This document shows positions 21,160-31,016 of a stretch of 64,000 bases of DNA, one piece after another. The stretch comes from an uncultured bacterium (GTDB taxonomy: Bacteria > Krumholzibacteriota > Krumholzibacteriia > JACNKJ01). Positions within the stretch are counted from its first letter, which is position 1. Each line of letters begins with the position of its first letter. Below the pieces are notes generated by a model. It ran no database searches, had not been told where the DNA came from, and worked only from the letters and a program-made list of their open reading frames with translations. Where the stretch lies: NCBI GenBank assembly GCA_963695095.1, contig CAVOFT010000001.1, forward strand, positions 2,368,001 to 2,432,000, written 5' to 3'. A program made the translations under genes and the position numbers.

Positions 21160-21834
21160 CTAGCGGCGCTCGTCGCTCTCGATGCGGCCGTCGCGCAGGC
21201 GCAGGGAGCGGTGGGCATGAGCGGCGATCTCCGCCTCGTGCGTGACGAGGATCACCGTCTGTCCGCTCGCGTGCAGATGATCGAAGATGGACATGATCTC
21301 GTCACCCGTGCGCGTGTCGAGATTGCCCGTCGGCTCGTCGGCGAGCAGGATGGCCGGCTCGTTGACCAAGGCCCGCGCAATGGCAACGCGCTGGCGCTGG
21401 CCGCCGGACAGCTCGTTGGGCTTGTGGTGGGCGCGATCCTGCAGGGAGACCGCTGCGACGGCGGCCTCGACGCGGCGCCGCCGCTCGCCGGCGGGCAGGC
21501 CGGCGTAGACGAGCGGCAGCTCCACATTGTGATAGACGTCCGCCCGCGGCAGGAGATTGAAGGTCTGGAAAACGAAGCCGATCTGCCGATTGCGGATGCG
21601 CGCCAGCTCGTCGTCGCCCATTGCCGACACCCGCTCGCCGTCCAGCAGGTAGCTGCCGCTGCTCGGAGAGTCGAGGCAGCCGATGATGTTCATCAGCGTC
21701 GACTTGCCGGAGCCGGAGGGACCCATGATCGCCATGTACTCGTTGCGGGCGATGTCGAGGTCCACGCCGTCCAGGGCCCGCACTTCGCTCTGTCCGACGC
21801 GGTAGACCTTGGCCAGGGCGCGGATTTCGATCAT
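21160..21834 (-). CDS. ABC ATP-binding protein, MacB/LolD type
   Basis: [44 protein letters not shown]. Confidence 0.93.
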   Translation of the reverse strand: MIEIRALAKVYRVGQSEVRALDGVDLDIARNEYMAIMGPSGSGKSTLMNIIGCLDSPSSGSYLLDGERVSAMGDDELARIRNRQIGFVFQTFNLLPRADVYHNVELPLVYAGLPAGERRRRVEAAVAAVSLQDRAHHKPNELSGGQRQRVAIARALVNEPAILLADEPTGNLDTRTGDEIMSIFDHLHASGQTVILVTHEAEIAAHAHRSLRLRDGRIESDERR

Positions 21835-21845
21835 GGCGCAGCCCC

Positions 21846-23201
21846 CTAGTGCGCCAGGGTCCAGCCGGTGCTGCGCTCCAGCTCGGCCAGGGCCGTCAGG
21901 TAGCCGGCCACGCCTTCGATCTCGCTGGCGCGGCCCTGGACCAGGGATACCTCGGCTTCCGTCACCTCGAGCAGGGTCGCCGCGCCGACGCGGTAGCGCT
22001 CGCGCGCCAGGCGGAGGTCCTCCTCGGCAAGCGTAATCGTCGCTCTGGCGAGTTCGATGCGCTTGCGATTGTTCTCGAGGGTGACGAGGGTATTCTCGAG
22101 GCCCTGCGCAACGCCGCGCGCCTGCTGATCGATCGCGTACTCCCGCTGCCGGTAGCTGGCGCGCGCCTGTTGCACGCTGCGCTTGGTCTGGAAGCGGTCG
22201 AAGAGATCCCAGCTCAGCCCGACCGAGAGCGCGTAGCTGTAATCCTCGCTGAAGACGTCAAAGGCCCGATCCGGCGGGCTGAGATCGTACCAGCTGAAGC
22301 GGTAGCTGGCCCCCACGCTTGGCCAGAGGCCCGCTTGCGCCACGCGCAGGTTCTGGCCGGCTGCGGCGCTGCGCAGGCCGGCGGCGCGCAGGGTCGGGTC
22401 GTTGGCCAGGGCGGCCGCGAGCGCGGCATCGCGATCGACGGCGGCGAAGCTGGCGATCAGCGGGCCCTGGACACTGAGCGGCCCCTGCGTCTCCCGGCCG
22501 ATGAGAGTGGCCAGGGCGACCCGAGCCAGCGCCCAGCCGTTCTCCGCCTCGAGCAGTCCCAGGCGCGCTTCCGCCAGGCGCACGCCTGAGCGCAGCGTAT
22601 CGGAGCGTGCCACCGCGCCCATGGCGAAGGAGCGCCGGGTCTGCTCGTGCTGCTCGCTGCTCGCCTGCAGGCTGCTCTGCTTGAGCTCTACCAGCAGTTG
22701 CGCCTTGGCCAGCTCGTAATAGGCCCGGATGACCGCCGTCTCCACCTCATTGCGGGTGCGATCGAGATCGGCGGTGTCGGCGGCCAGCGAGTAGCGCTGC
22801 CCCCGCAGGGAGGCCCAGCGCGAAAAGCCGGCGAAGAGCGTGAGGTCGCCCGAGAGACTGAAGTTGTAGGTCTCGTAGTCGCGGCTCTGGATCGGATCCT
22901 GAACGAAGAACTGCTGTGTGATGGTGTTGTACTGCTGGCTGGCCGGCTTCGGACCGACGAACTGATGGCTGTAGGACAGGGAGGTCGCCAGGCTGGGCAG
23001 GAAACTGCCGTAGGCGCCGAGCAGGCCCGCGCGCGTGGAAATGAGCTGCTGCCGGGCCGTGGCCAGCTCCGGCGAATGGCGATAGGCCAGCTCCAGGCAC
23101 TGCTCCAGGTCCAATGTCTGCGCCGTGGCTCCCGGCGGCGCGAGCAAACAGGCAAGCAGCAAGACGAGGCAGCAGCACTGGCGCGCAAGGCGGCGAGACA
23201 T
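21846..23201 (-). CDS. TolC family outer-membrane protein
   Basis: Signal peptide, two outer-membrane-efflux repeats, [14 protein letters not shown]. Confidence 0.9.
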   Translation of the reverse strand: MSRRLARQCCCLVLLLACLLAPPGATAQTLDLEQCLELAYRHSPELATARQQLISTRAGLLGAYGSFLPSLATSLSYSHQFVGPKPASQQYNTITQQFFVQDPIQSRDYETYNFSLSGDLTLFAGFSRWASLRGQRYSLAADTADLDRTRNEVETAVIRAYYELAKAQLLVELKQSSLQASSEQHEQTRRSFAMGAVARSDTLRSGVRLAEARLGLLEAENGWALARVALATLIGRETQGPLSVQGPLIASFAAVDRDAALAAALANDPTLRAAGLRSAAAGQNLRVAQAGLWPSVGASYRFSWYDLSPPDRAFDVFSEDYSYALSVGLSWDLFDRFQTKRSVQQARASYRQREYAIDQQARGVAQGLENTLVTLENNRKRIELARATITLAEEDLRLARERYRVGAATLLEVTEAEVSLVQGRASEIEGVAGYLTALAELERSTGWTLAH

Positions 23202-23306
23202 AGAGGGCACTCTCCCTTGGCTGGCGACCCCGGGCCTACGCGACAGCCCCTGCCGGGTTTCCCGGGGCCAGTCCCATCATGACACCCGAGCGGCGAGCCC
23301 GCGACG

Positions 23307-23335
23307 AAAAAAACGGGGGGCCGGGCGGCCCCCCG
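23307..23335 (-). terminator. Rho-independent terminator after tonB
   Basis: CGGGGGGCC-gccc-GGCCCCCCG followed by TTTTTTT. Confidence 0.85.
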
Positions 23336-23352
23336 CGCGGTCCTGGGTCCGC

Positions 23353-23982
23353 CTAGCGGCCACGGACCCGGAATTCGAAGGGGACGCTGATGGTGGTCTT
23401 CACGGGGACGTTCCGCTGCTTGCCCGGCTTGAATCGCCATTTCCAGGCCGCAGCGATGGCCTCGTCGACCAGGATCTGCGGCACGGAGCTGCTGAGCATC
23501 TGCACGTTGAAGACGTTGCCGCGCTCGTCGACGAAGATGAGCACCAGCACCACGCCCTCCATCTCGGCTTCGCGCGCCATTTCGGGATAGCGGGGCGCCT
23601 GGCGGTAAGTGGGCGCCGGCGCTTCATCGAAGGCATAGAACTGCTTGGGACCGCCGCCAAAAGCGGCCGAAACAGGCGGCGGGATGGCATCGATGTCCTC
23701 GAAGCTGGTGTCCTCGATCGTCTCCTCGTCGGATACCTCATCCGAGATCTCGATCTGCACCGGCACCTTCGGCATCTCGACTTCCTGCGGCGGCGGCGGG
23801 ATTTCGATGTCCGCGGGGATCTCGATGACTTCCAGGATCTCCTCTTCCAGCCTGTAGGGACTGCTCACGTACTGTGGCCAGAAAAGGAACATGGCCACCA
23901 CGAGGGCGAAGGTGGCCACGAGCGCATAGCGCACCTGCTTGGCGTAGCCCTGCTTGATGAACTGCTGAACGGTGATGACCAT
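23353..23982 (-). CDS. tonB: Energy transducer TonB
   Basis: N-terminal TM, Pro/Glu-rich linker, PRYPEMAREAEMEGVV, WRFKPG. Confidence 0.92.
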   Translation of the reverse strand: MVITVQQFIKQGYAKQVRYALVATFALVVAMFLFWPQYVSSPYRLEEEILEVIEIPADIEIPPPPQEVEMPKVPVQIEISDEVSDEETIEDTSFEDIDAIPPPVSAAFGGGPKQFYAFDEAPAPTYRQAPRYPEMAREAEMEGVVLVLIFVDERGNVFNVQMLSSSVPQILVDEAIAAAWKWRFKPGKQRNVPVKTTISVPFEFRVRGR

Positions 23983-23997
23983 GGCCGTTCTCCTGGG

Positions 23998-24411
23998 CTA
24001 CCGGGTTGCCGATTCGACGTCGCTGGAGAAGACGACGCGCACCGCATTGATGGCCTTCAGCTCTTCCATGATCGAGTTCATGACCTCGTAGCGAACGCGG
24101 CTATCCGCCTTGAAGGCCACCACGAGCAAGGGGTTCGACTCCATGCGGCGCTTCATCACCGCCTGGATATCCGGTAGATAAACCAGCTTGTCGTTGATGG
24201 ACACCCGCCCCTTCTGGTCCACCCAGATGTTGGCCAGCTGCTCGCTGCTCTGCTTCTTCGAAGCCTCGGCGCGGGGCAGCGTGACATCGAGGCCGTTCTC
24301 CTGCTTGAAGATGGTGGTTGCCATGAAGAAGATGAGCAGCAGGAAGACGATATCCCCCATCGTTGCGGTGGGGATACCCGGCGCCCGCTTCTTGGCCTTT
24401 TCGATGTTCAC
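23998..24411 (-). CDS. exbD: ExbD/TolR family protein
   Basis: MGDIVFLLLIFFM, FKAD. Confidence 0.92.
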   Translation of the reverse strand: MNIEKAKKRAPGIPTATMGDIVFLLLIFFMATTIFKQENGLDVTLPRAEASKKQSSEQLANIWVDQKGRVSINDKLVYLPDIQAVMKRRMESNPLLVVAFKADSRVRYEVMNSIMEELKAINAVRVVFSSDVESATR

Positions 24412-24419
24412 GGATCCCC

Positions 24420-24833
24420 CTAGCTGTCCGTCATCTTGATCGAGATCTTCTTGATCTGGGCCAACTTCAGCTCATCGAGGATGTCGATCATCACGCCGTA
24501 CTGGGCCTGGGGCGCGGTCTGGATGACGACGATGAGCTTGGGGTTGATGTCCTGGGCTTCCCTCGCGATGCGGCGCACTTCGCCGATCTTGGTCGGCAGC
24601 CCCTTCACCGTGATCGAGTTGTCCGCGTTCGCTTTGATCTCGAGGATGTTCTTGCGGCTGACCTGAGCCGCCTGGCCCGACTCGCCGCTGGGCAGCACCA
24701 GCGGCAGGCCCATGTCCTCGTTGAAGACCGTGCTCACGATGAAGAAGATCAGGAGCAGGAAGGAGATGTCGGCGACGGTCGCGTTGCCGATCTCGGGAGT
24801 CCCGCGCTTCTTCTTCCTGGCCAGCATGCCCAT
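24420..24833 (-). CDS. exbD: ExbD/TolR family protein (second copy)
   Basis: VADISFLLLIFFIV, YGVMIDILDELK. Confidence 0.92.
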   Translation of the reverse strand: MGMLARKKKRGTPEIGNATVADISFLLLIFFIVSTVFNEDMGLPLVLPSGESGQAAQVSRKNILEIKANADNSITVKGLPTKIGEVRRIAREAQDINPKLIVVIQTAPQAQYGVMIDILDELKLAQIKKISIKMTDS

Positions 24834-24857
24834 GGGGTCAACCTCCGCCTCGCTGGC

Positions 24858-25706
24858 CTAGAGCCCCAGCTCGGTCAGCTCGTTGATCAGCTCCGCACTG
24901 GTCTCTTCCATCTCCACGACGAAGCGGTCCACCTGAGCAGTGAAGTACGAGTGAAAGAGACTTGTGGGGATGGCGATGATCAGGCCGGCGGCCGTGGTGA
25001 TCAGCGCCTCGGCGATGCCCGAGGCCACGAGCTTGGCGCTGACCTGGTCAGCGGAGGCGATGGCCTCGAAAGCGTGGATCATGCCCGACACCGTGCCGAG
25101 GAAGCCGAGCATCGGCGCCACGACGACGACGGCCGCGATCGCCGCCAGGCCCCGCTCGAGGAAGGCCATCTCGATGGCACCTGCCGTGTCGATGGCCTTC
25201 TCCACGGCCTGCGGGCCGCGGGCCGTCTTGAGCAGGCCGGCGTGCAGGATGGCCGCGATGGGTCCTCGCGTGCGCTCGCAGGTGCGGATGGCCGCGTCCA
25301 CCCCCTCGCTGCGCAGGGACTTCTGGATGCCGTACATCAGCTTGCGCGTGTTGACGCGGGCGCGCGAGAGCGTCCACAGCCGCTCGAGCACGAAGACGAG
25401 CCCGACGATCAGGGAGATGAGCAAGGGCCACATGAAGGCGCCACCGTCGATGAACATCTGCCCCGAGCCCGAGCGGCCCAGGCGCGTGCCTCTGAACCAG
25501 GCCTCGAAGCCGCCTTCGGAGTAGTAGGCGGCGAAGGCCTCGGCAAGCCCGGTGGTGTCCGAGTCGGCCACGGCACCCGGGGCGATGCGATAAGCGGCCC
25601 CACTCGCTGCTGCACCGCTCTCCTGAGCCAGTGCCGGCAGGGCGATCAGCAGGGTGAGCATGCCGACGGCCAGGAGAGCCCACGAGAGACGCTTCCAGAT
25701 GTTCAT
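24858..25706 (-). CDS. exbB: MotA/TolQ/ExbB proton channel protein
   Basis: APMLGFLGTVSGMI, GIAEALITTAAGL; N-terminal signal peptide plus extension. Confidence 0.93.
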   Translation of the reverse strand: MNIWKRLSWALLAVGMLTLLIALPALAQESGAAASGAAYRIAPGAVADSDTTGLAEAFAAYYSEGGFEAWFRGTRLGRSGSGQMFIDGGAFMWPLLISLIVGLVFVLERLWTLSRARVNTRKLMYGIQKSLRSEGVDAAIRTCERTRGPIAAILHAGLLKTARGPQAVEKAIDTAGAIEMAFLERGLAAIAAVVVVAPMLGFLGTVSGMIHAFEAIASADQVSAKLVASGIAEALITTAAGLIIAIPTSLFHSYFTAQVDRFVVEMEETSAELINELTELGL

Positions 25707-25837
25707 CGATCCCTACTCCTTAATCAGCGTGAATGCCGTCCGGACCGAACCCGACCTGCGGGCAACCGTGGTACGGACTCCCTCATCGACTGCAAGTGCT
25801 TTGGCATGGCGGGTTTCAACGGACTCAAGGGCGTTTC

Positions 25838-25867
25838 ACTATAGTGACCGCCTCCAGGGCCTGTCAA
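25838..25867 (-). promoter_or_regulatory. Sigma70-type promoter for exbB-exbD-exbD-tonB
   Basis: TTGACA-18 nt-TATAGT. Confidence 0.7.
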
Positions 25868-25900
25868 CCCGAAAAGCGCCCGGCCAATGGCACCAACTCC

Positions 25901-27415
25901 TTAGAAATCAAAGTCCTCCGAGCGGTAACCGAGCGTGTAGTCGCCCGTGCCGCTGCGGTCCACAAAGATCAATTGCAGGCTCGGCCGGCGCAGATGCAGC
26001 CGCTGCTCAGGCAGCAGTGGACTGCCGCCGAACTCGTAGGTCCACACCTCGTAGGGCTCGCTGTCGTCGCCGAAGTTGATGGCGCTGCCCGTACCGATGG
26101 TGCCCAGGTCCCTGCCCAGCTCACTGCTGCGCTCGACGCCGGCATCCTGGGTGAAGTCCACGCCATAGGGTGAGATGCCCGGCTCGATCGCCGCTTCCCC
26201 GTGCAGGCCGCGCACGGCGTCGCTCAAGCCCGTGCGATTGAGCGGCATCGCCTCGCCCTCGATGCTGACCGGTTCCCCCAGCCGGATCAAGATGCGGCCG
26301 CGATCGCTGAGCGCTCCCGGGCGAAAGCCCGCGTAGCGCACCTGGGCCGCCACGAAGCGCTTCAGGAATTCGTCGTACACGGCGTTCTCCTCGGTGGCGG
26401 GATCCGGATCATGGCGCTTCCAGAAGGCCGCCATGACGGCCTCGCGCTCGGGCGCCGGCAGCCCCTGCCAGCGCTGGAACTCGTCACCCTTGAGGAAAAG
26501 CTGTGCTGCAATCGCCTGCTGCGCAAGCGCGGAAGGCGCTTCGGTCGACTCGCCAAGGATGCGCAGGCTGCAGTCGACACCGGTGCTGTCGATCTCGGGA
26601 CCGCGGGCCTCCAAATGCAGACGGTAGCCGCCGGGCGGCAGCTCGGTCAGCGGTAGGCGATAGCGCAGCGGCAAGGGCGCGCCGGCCTCGTACTTCCAGC
26701 CGCCCTGCTTCTCGAGGCGCAGAACGCCGCCGGCGTCGTGCAGGGTCAGCCGCAGGCCGATGTAAGCGCCTTGGGCCGAGTCCGGCGGCAGGAAGGCCGT
26801 CTCCAGCTCCATCGCCGGGGTGCCGCCGGCGAAGACGCCGCTGGGACTCAGGGCGCCGCGCTCGCCGGCGATCGGAGCCCAATAGAGGAGTGGGTCGCCC
26901 AGGCCGCCCGCGCTGAAGTCCCGAGCGGTGAGGGTCGTGCTGAGAGCGGCCTCCGGCTGGCGTCCGAAGAGACCGGCGACGCCGCCGATCCGGCGCCCCG
27001 CGTCGCGGCACTCCAGCTCGAGCCGGTACTCGCCGGGCGGCACCGCCACCGATCGCAGGTAGAGCATGGTGGTCAGGGGAGTCCGCACGTCGCGCGAGAA
27101 GTCCAGACGCTCCTCCACGGCCGCCGCTTGGTGGCCCAGCGCATGCAGCGACCAGCGGCAGGCCAGGTGGGCCACGAGGCTATCGCCCTGCTGGCTCCAG
27201 GCCAGCTCCGCGGCGGGGAATTCCACGACGAGCAGGAGCCGGGTCAGGCCGGCCGGTGCAGGCTCGCTGTAGCTCTGGGCGGAGAACTCGAAATCCCCGC
27301 GCCCCGGGGGCAGCGGCCGCCCCAGCGCCGGCATCACCGATGCAAGCAGCAGGGCCGCCAGCAAAGCCGACCGCCGGCTCTCCCTTCCTCTCGCTGCCCT
27401 GGGCGCTCCGCTCAC
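25901..27415 (-). CDS. GWxTD-domain protein (exported), second paralogue
   Basis: Signal peptide; FWKRHDPDPATEEN...RFVAA...GALSDRGRILIRLGEP...YEVWTY...FVDRSGTGDY. Confidence 0.82.
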   Translation of the reverse strand: MSGAPRAARGRESRRSALLAALLLASVMPALGRPLPPGRGDFEFSAQSYSEPAPAGLTRLLLVVEFPAAELAWSQQGDSLVAHLACRWSLHALGHQAAAVEERLDFSRDVRTPLTTMLYLRSVAVPPGEYRLELECRDAGRRIGGVAGLFGRQPEAALSTTLTARDFSAGGLGDPLLYWAPIAGERGALSPSGVFAGGTPAMELETAFLPPDSAQGAYIGLRLTLHDAGGVLRLEKQGGWKYEAGAPLPLRYRLPLTELPPGGYRLHLEARGPEIDSTGVDCSLRILGESTEAPSALAQQAIAAQLFLKGDEFQRWQGLPAPEREAVMAAFWKRHDPDPATEENAVYDEFLKRFVAAQVRYAGFRPGALSDRGRILIRLGEPVSIEGEAMPLNRTGLSDAVRGLHGEAAIEPGISPYGVDFTQDAGVERSSELGRDLGTIGTGSAINFGDDSEPYEVWTYEFGGSPLLPEQRLHLRRPSLQLIFVDRSGTGDYTLGYRSEDFDF

Positions 27416-27473
27416 CGGTCACTCCCTCGCGGGTCCGCCGCGCCTGCACAGCGGCTGCTCAGGACCGCCCCGC

Positions 27474-28406
27474 CTAGTAGGCGAAGCTCACGCTGAAACG
27501 GTGCGCCCCGCCAAGGTAGGACAGGTCCTCGAAGGCATAATCGACGAAGAGCCGCGAGCGCTCGCTCGTGCTCACCGCGACGCCGAAGCCGGCGGCGACG
27601 CCGCTGGCGTCATAGCCGGCGTTGTAGCCGCCACGCAGGAAGAGGAAGCGGTTGAAGCTGTACTCGGCACCGAGATTCGCCCGCTCCTTGTTGTCCGGCG
27701 GATGGCTGAACTCCACGCTGCTGATCATGTGATGCGGCCCGCTGTCGAAGGCATCCGCAGACAGCCCCACCTTGAACATGATCGGCATCTTGGCGCCCTG
27801 CGAGTCGAAGTCCACCTCGCCACCGGCATTCTGCACCACCATGCCCAGACGCATCCCCTGGATGCCGATCCGGTAGACGAGACCGAAATCGAAGGCCGAT
27901 GTGTTGACGGCCTTGTCGGCCAGCCCCATGTGGATGAAGTGCACGGTCACGCCGGTGGAGAAGCGCTCGGTGAAGTACTGCGCATAGGTCAGGCCGAAGC
28001 TCATGTCCCCCGCGTCGAACTCGCGGCCCGTGCCGTCGGGCAGGTAGATCGTGCGCTCGACCTGGGGGTCCATCGTCAGCGCGCGGGCGGTGATGCCGAG
28101 CACGCCGGGCAGATAGGGCGTCCGGAAGGCATAGGAGACGAAGTCGAGCTTGATGTCCGCCGGCCATTCGACGTGGTTCAGGTGCAAGGCCGTGCGCGGC
28201 ACATCGACCAGCCCTCCCGGATTCCAGTAGGTGGCGCTGGCGTCATCGGCGACGGCGACGAAACCGTTGCCCATGCCCGCCGCGCGAGCGGTGGGCCCGA
28301 TCTTGAGGAACTGAGCGCTGAAGGTGCCGACCTTTTCGAAGATCTGCGCCTGCGCGACCCCAGCGATCAGGATGAGGGCCATGGTCAGCAGCGCTGTGCG
28401 TTTCAC
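27474..28406 (-). CDS. PorV/PorQ family (FadL-like) outer-membrane barrel
   Basis: Signal peptide, QFLKIGPTARAAGMG..VAVADDASATYWNPGGL, LRGGY, DYAF, terminal HRFSVSFAY. Confidence 0.85.
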   Translation of the reverse strand: MKRTALLTMALILIAGVAQAQIFEKVGTFSAQFLKIGPTARAAGMGNGFVAVADDASATYWNPGGLVDVPRTALHLNHVEWPADIKLDFVSYAFRTPYLPGVLGITARALTMDPQVERTIYLPDGTGREFDAGDMSFGLTYAQYFTERFSTGVTVHFIHMGLADKAVNTSAFDFGLVYRIGIQGMRLGMVVQNAGGEVDFDSQGAKMPIMFKVGLSADAFDSGPHHMISSVEFSHPPDNKERANLGAEYSFNRFLFLRGGYNAGYDASGVAAGFGVAVSTSERSRLFVDYAFEDLSYLGGAHRFSVSFAY

Positions 28407-28457
28407 GTTCTACCTCCCGCAAGATCCCTTGCTCGAGTCCGGCTCCGTCGGGGCCGA

Positions 28458-30983
28458 CTAGCGAATGACGATGAACTTGCCGACCTTCCGGTCGAAACCG
28501 TCGGCCTCCACGGAGAAGATGTACACGCCGCTGGCCACGTCCTGGCCGTTGCGGCTCACCAGATCCCAGGCGGCGGTGCCCGTCGATGCGTAGTTGCCCG
28601 TGGCGATGGCCGCCACATTGTCGTGGACGATCTCCTTCACCAGATCGCCCGCCAGCGTGTAGATGCGGATCTTGCAGCGGGCCGCCGGCAAATGGCGGAA
28701 TTCGACCTTGAGCCCCGTCGGATCGTCGTTGTTCGGATTCAGCGCCCAGGGCGCCATCGAGGTCGGCGTCGCCGGATTCGGCACCACGTAGACCTCGTCC
28801 GCATTGTAGGACCAGACCGGCTGGCTCTCGCTCTGCGGCACCGTGTAGACGAAGCCGCTGGATGGGTCCCCCGACAAGCCCGTCGCGTAGCCGATGAGGA
28901 CGCCGTTCTGGAAGACCCGGATGTGGTCCATCGCCGTGACCGAATAGAAGTAGTGCATGCCCGTGTGGACGCGATCGTCCTCGTAGCGATAGTAGACCTT
29001 GCCGCCAGGCAGGCCGAGCTGGGTCTTGGCCAAGGCGATCGCCGTATCGCCTGCGGCCAGCGTGTAACCCGTGGGCGGCAGCAGCTCCCGCGCCGACTGG
29101 ATGCTCGGGTTCTCCATCAGCGCATCGGCATAGAAGGCGAGCAGCGAAGCGTCGACGTTGGGCTGGTAGCGCAGGCTCTCGAGGCCGGTGTCGGCGCCCA
29201 GCTCATTCTGGAGATCGAACTCGGCCAGCAGCATCCACAGGTCGGTGCTGGGCCCGTTGGCGATCGAGGAACCGAAGGGGCGGTCCCAGTTGTCGGCGCG
29301 CCAGACGCGATAGCCCTCGAAGTCGTAGATGAGCTCGCTGACATCGGGGATCGTCTCGCTGAAGTTGTCCCAGAAGAGCACGTTCTTGCCCTCGGTGGGC
29401 CAGATGCGCAGGTTGGGCGGTGGCGGCGGCGAGCCGTAAAGCCAGTTGATCTGCCGCTCCAGGCCGTCATTGCCCGTGCACCACCAGGCGTCGGTGCCGG
29501 GTACGGCGCCGGGCTGGCAGAGGGCATTGGCCTCGTTCTCGAAGATGCAGTCGTCGTTGACCCAGACGCGCGTGCCCTTGGTGACGAGGATGGGCGGCGA
29601 CAGCGTATCGCAGGGGCTCGCCCACTCGATGTCGTTGAAGGGATCGTAGAGCAGGGTCTCGGCGCAGTAGGCGGTGGGATCCGGCGTATTGATGTCCCCG
29701 TCGAGGTTGAACCAGTTGCCGTCGTAGGTGAGCTTGGCCTGGGCGGCGTTGTCGAGCAGTCCCTCCCGGCCGAGGCCGACGACAAAGGCCACCTGGAATT
29801 TCAGGCTGTCACCCGACTCGACGAGGAAGGGTCCCGCCGACAGCAGCATGCGGAAGTCGCGCGGCACGTTGGGCTTCTTGTCGCTGGTCTCGGCGCTCAT
29901 CAGGGCGTAGCGCTGCTCGTCATTGGTGGGATCGCCGCCGTCCTCGAAGGAGGCGCTGCCGCTGAAGGCCTGCCAGGAGCGCAGGGTGACGCGGGGCGGC
30001 GCCTTGACCCCGGCCGGGTCGATCGTGTGGCCCATGAACATGATGCCGATCTGGCCCAGGGCCGGCGAATCGCCGTCGAGATCGCCGTCCTGGTCGAAGG
30101 CGACGCCCATCGCGTACTTGACCGGGATCTCGAAGGCGCCCTTGGTGACGCAGGCCGTGGCGTCGACGACGTCGACCAGGTCGTCATCGAAGTTGTTGGG
30201 CCGGCTGCGCGCGCCGACGTCGGGATCGGCGAAGAAGCCCAGGTAGAAGTCCTCCAAGGTCGCCTCGCCGATGTTGTAGATGGTGAATTCGACACCGACG
30301 AAGTCGTCCACGCGGTCGTTCTCCCACTGGTAGCTCTCCTGGACGACGAAGAGGTTCAGGGGCTGGTGGTCCGCGGACTGGGCGTAGCTCTCGGGCAGGT
30401 CGTCCCGGTAGGTGCAGTGGAACATCTGGTTGGAGATGGCCGCGTAGTCCTCGTCGATCGCGCCATCGCCGTCGTCGTCGAAGCCGTTGAGGGGATCCTC
30501 GTCGATCTTGCCGTCGTTGTCGTCGTCAGCGGCCGGCGAGGGCAGCCGGTTGCCGTTGCGTGTCCCCTCGAAGCTGCGGTAGAGCGTGTAGATGGGCTCG
30601 ATGCCGGGACGGAACTCCCAGAGGCCCCAGTCGCTGGTGGAGACGCGCGGGATGCCCGAGACCCGAGCGCCGCACCACAGGCCCGCGCCCCAGAGGTACT
30701 CGACGCCGCTGCCGGCCGGCCACTGGGCAGAAGGCGACTCGGCCATCGCGAAGCCGGAGTTCGGATAGGAGCCGAAGACACCGAAGTTGGTGATGTTCAT
30801 CTGCAGCTCGCCCACGTTGTGGACGAAGGTGCCGTCGATCATGAGGGTACCGTTTCCATTCAGCGGGGCCTGCGCGGCTCCGGCTGGCAGCGCCTGGCGG
30901 GCGGCCGCAGGCAGCGCGAAGACGAGCAGGCAAAGGCCGGCCCCGAGCAAGCGCGCTGAGGTCCCCTTGATCAGTGCGGACAT
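28458..30983 (-). CDS. Secreted 841-aa protein with DxDxDG repeats, an FN3-like domain and a T9SS-CTD-like (FlgD-Ig type) C-terminus
   Basis: Signal peptide; C-terminal VYVVPNP...IRIYTLAGDLVKEI...WDLVSRNGQDVASGVYIFSV...GKFIVIR. Confidence 0.8.
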   Translation of the reverse strand: MSALIKGTSARLLGAGLCLLVFALPAAARQALPAGAAQAPLNGNGTLMIDGTFVHNVGELQMNITNFGVFGSYPNSGFAMAESPSAQWPAGSGVEYLWGAGLWCGARVSGIPRVSTSDWGLWEFRPGIEPIYTLYRSFEGTRNGNRLPSPAADDDNDGKIDEDPLNGFDDDGDGAIDEDYAAISNQMFHCTYRDDLPESYAQSADHQPLNLFVVQESYQWENDRVDDFVGVEFTIYNIGEATLEDFYLGFFADPDVGARSRPNNFDDDLVDVVDATACVTKGAFEIPVKYAMGVAFDQDGDLDGDSPALGQIGIMFMGHTIDPAGVKAPPRVTLRSWQAFSGSASFEDGGDPTNDEQRYALMSAETSDKKPNVPRDFRMLLSAGPFLVESGDSLKFQVAFVVGLGREGLLDNAAQAKLTYDGNWFNLDGDINTPDPTAYCAETLLYDPFNDIEWASPCDTLSPPILVTKGTRVWVNDDCIFENEANALCQPGAVPGTDAWWCTGNDGLERQINWLYGSPPPPPNLRIWPTEGKNVLFWDNFSETIPDVSELIYDFEGYRVWRADNWDRPFGSSIANGPSTDLWMLLAEFDLQNELGADTGLESLRYQPNVDASLLAFYADALMENPSIQSARELLPPTGYTLAAGDTAIALAKTQLGLPGGKVYYRYEDDRVHTGMHYFYSVTAMDHIRVFQNGVLIGYATGLSGDPSSGFVYTVPQSESQPVWSYNADEVYVVPNPATPTSMAPWALNPNNDDPTGLKVEFRHLPAARCKIRIYTLAGDLVKEIVHDNVAAIATGNYASTGTAAWDLVSRNGQDVASGVYIFSVEADGFDRKVGKFIVIR

Positions 30984-31016
30984 GATGCGTCCTTTCTCGC
31001 AGCCTGGCGCCGGGCG

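Noticed and set aside
25773..25826. Direct repeat GAGTCCGT twice in the exbB leader
   Set aside because: Two 8-mers 46 nt apart are too weak to call an operator without comparative data.
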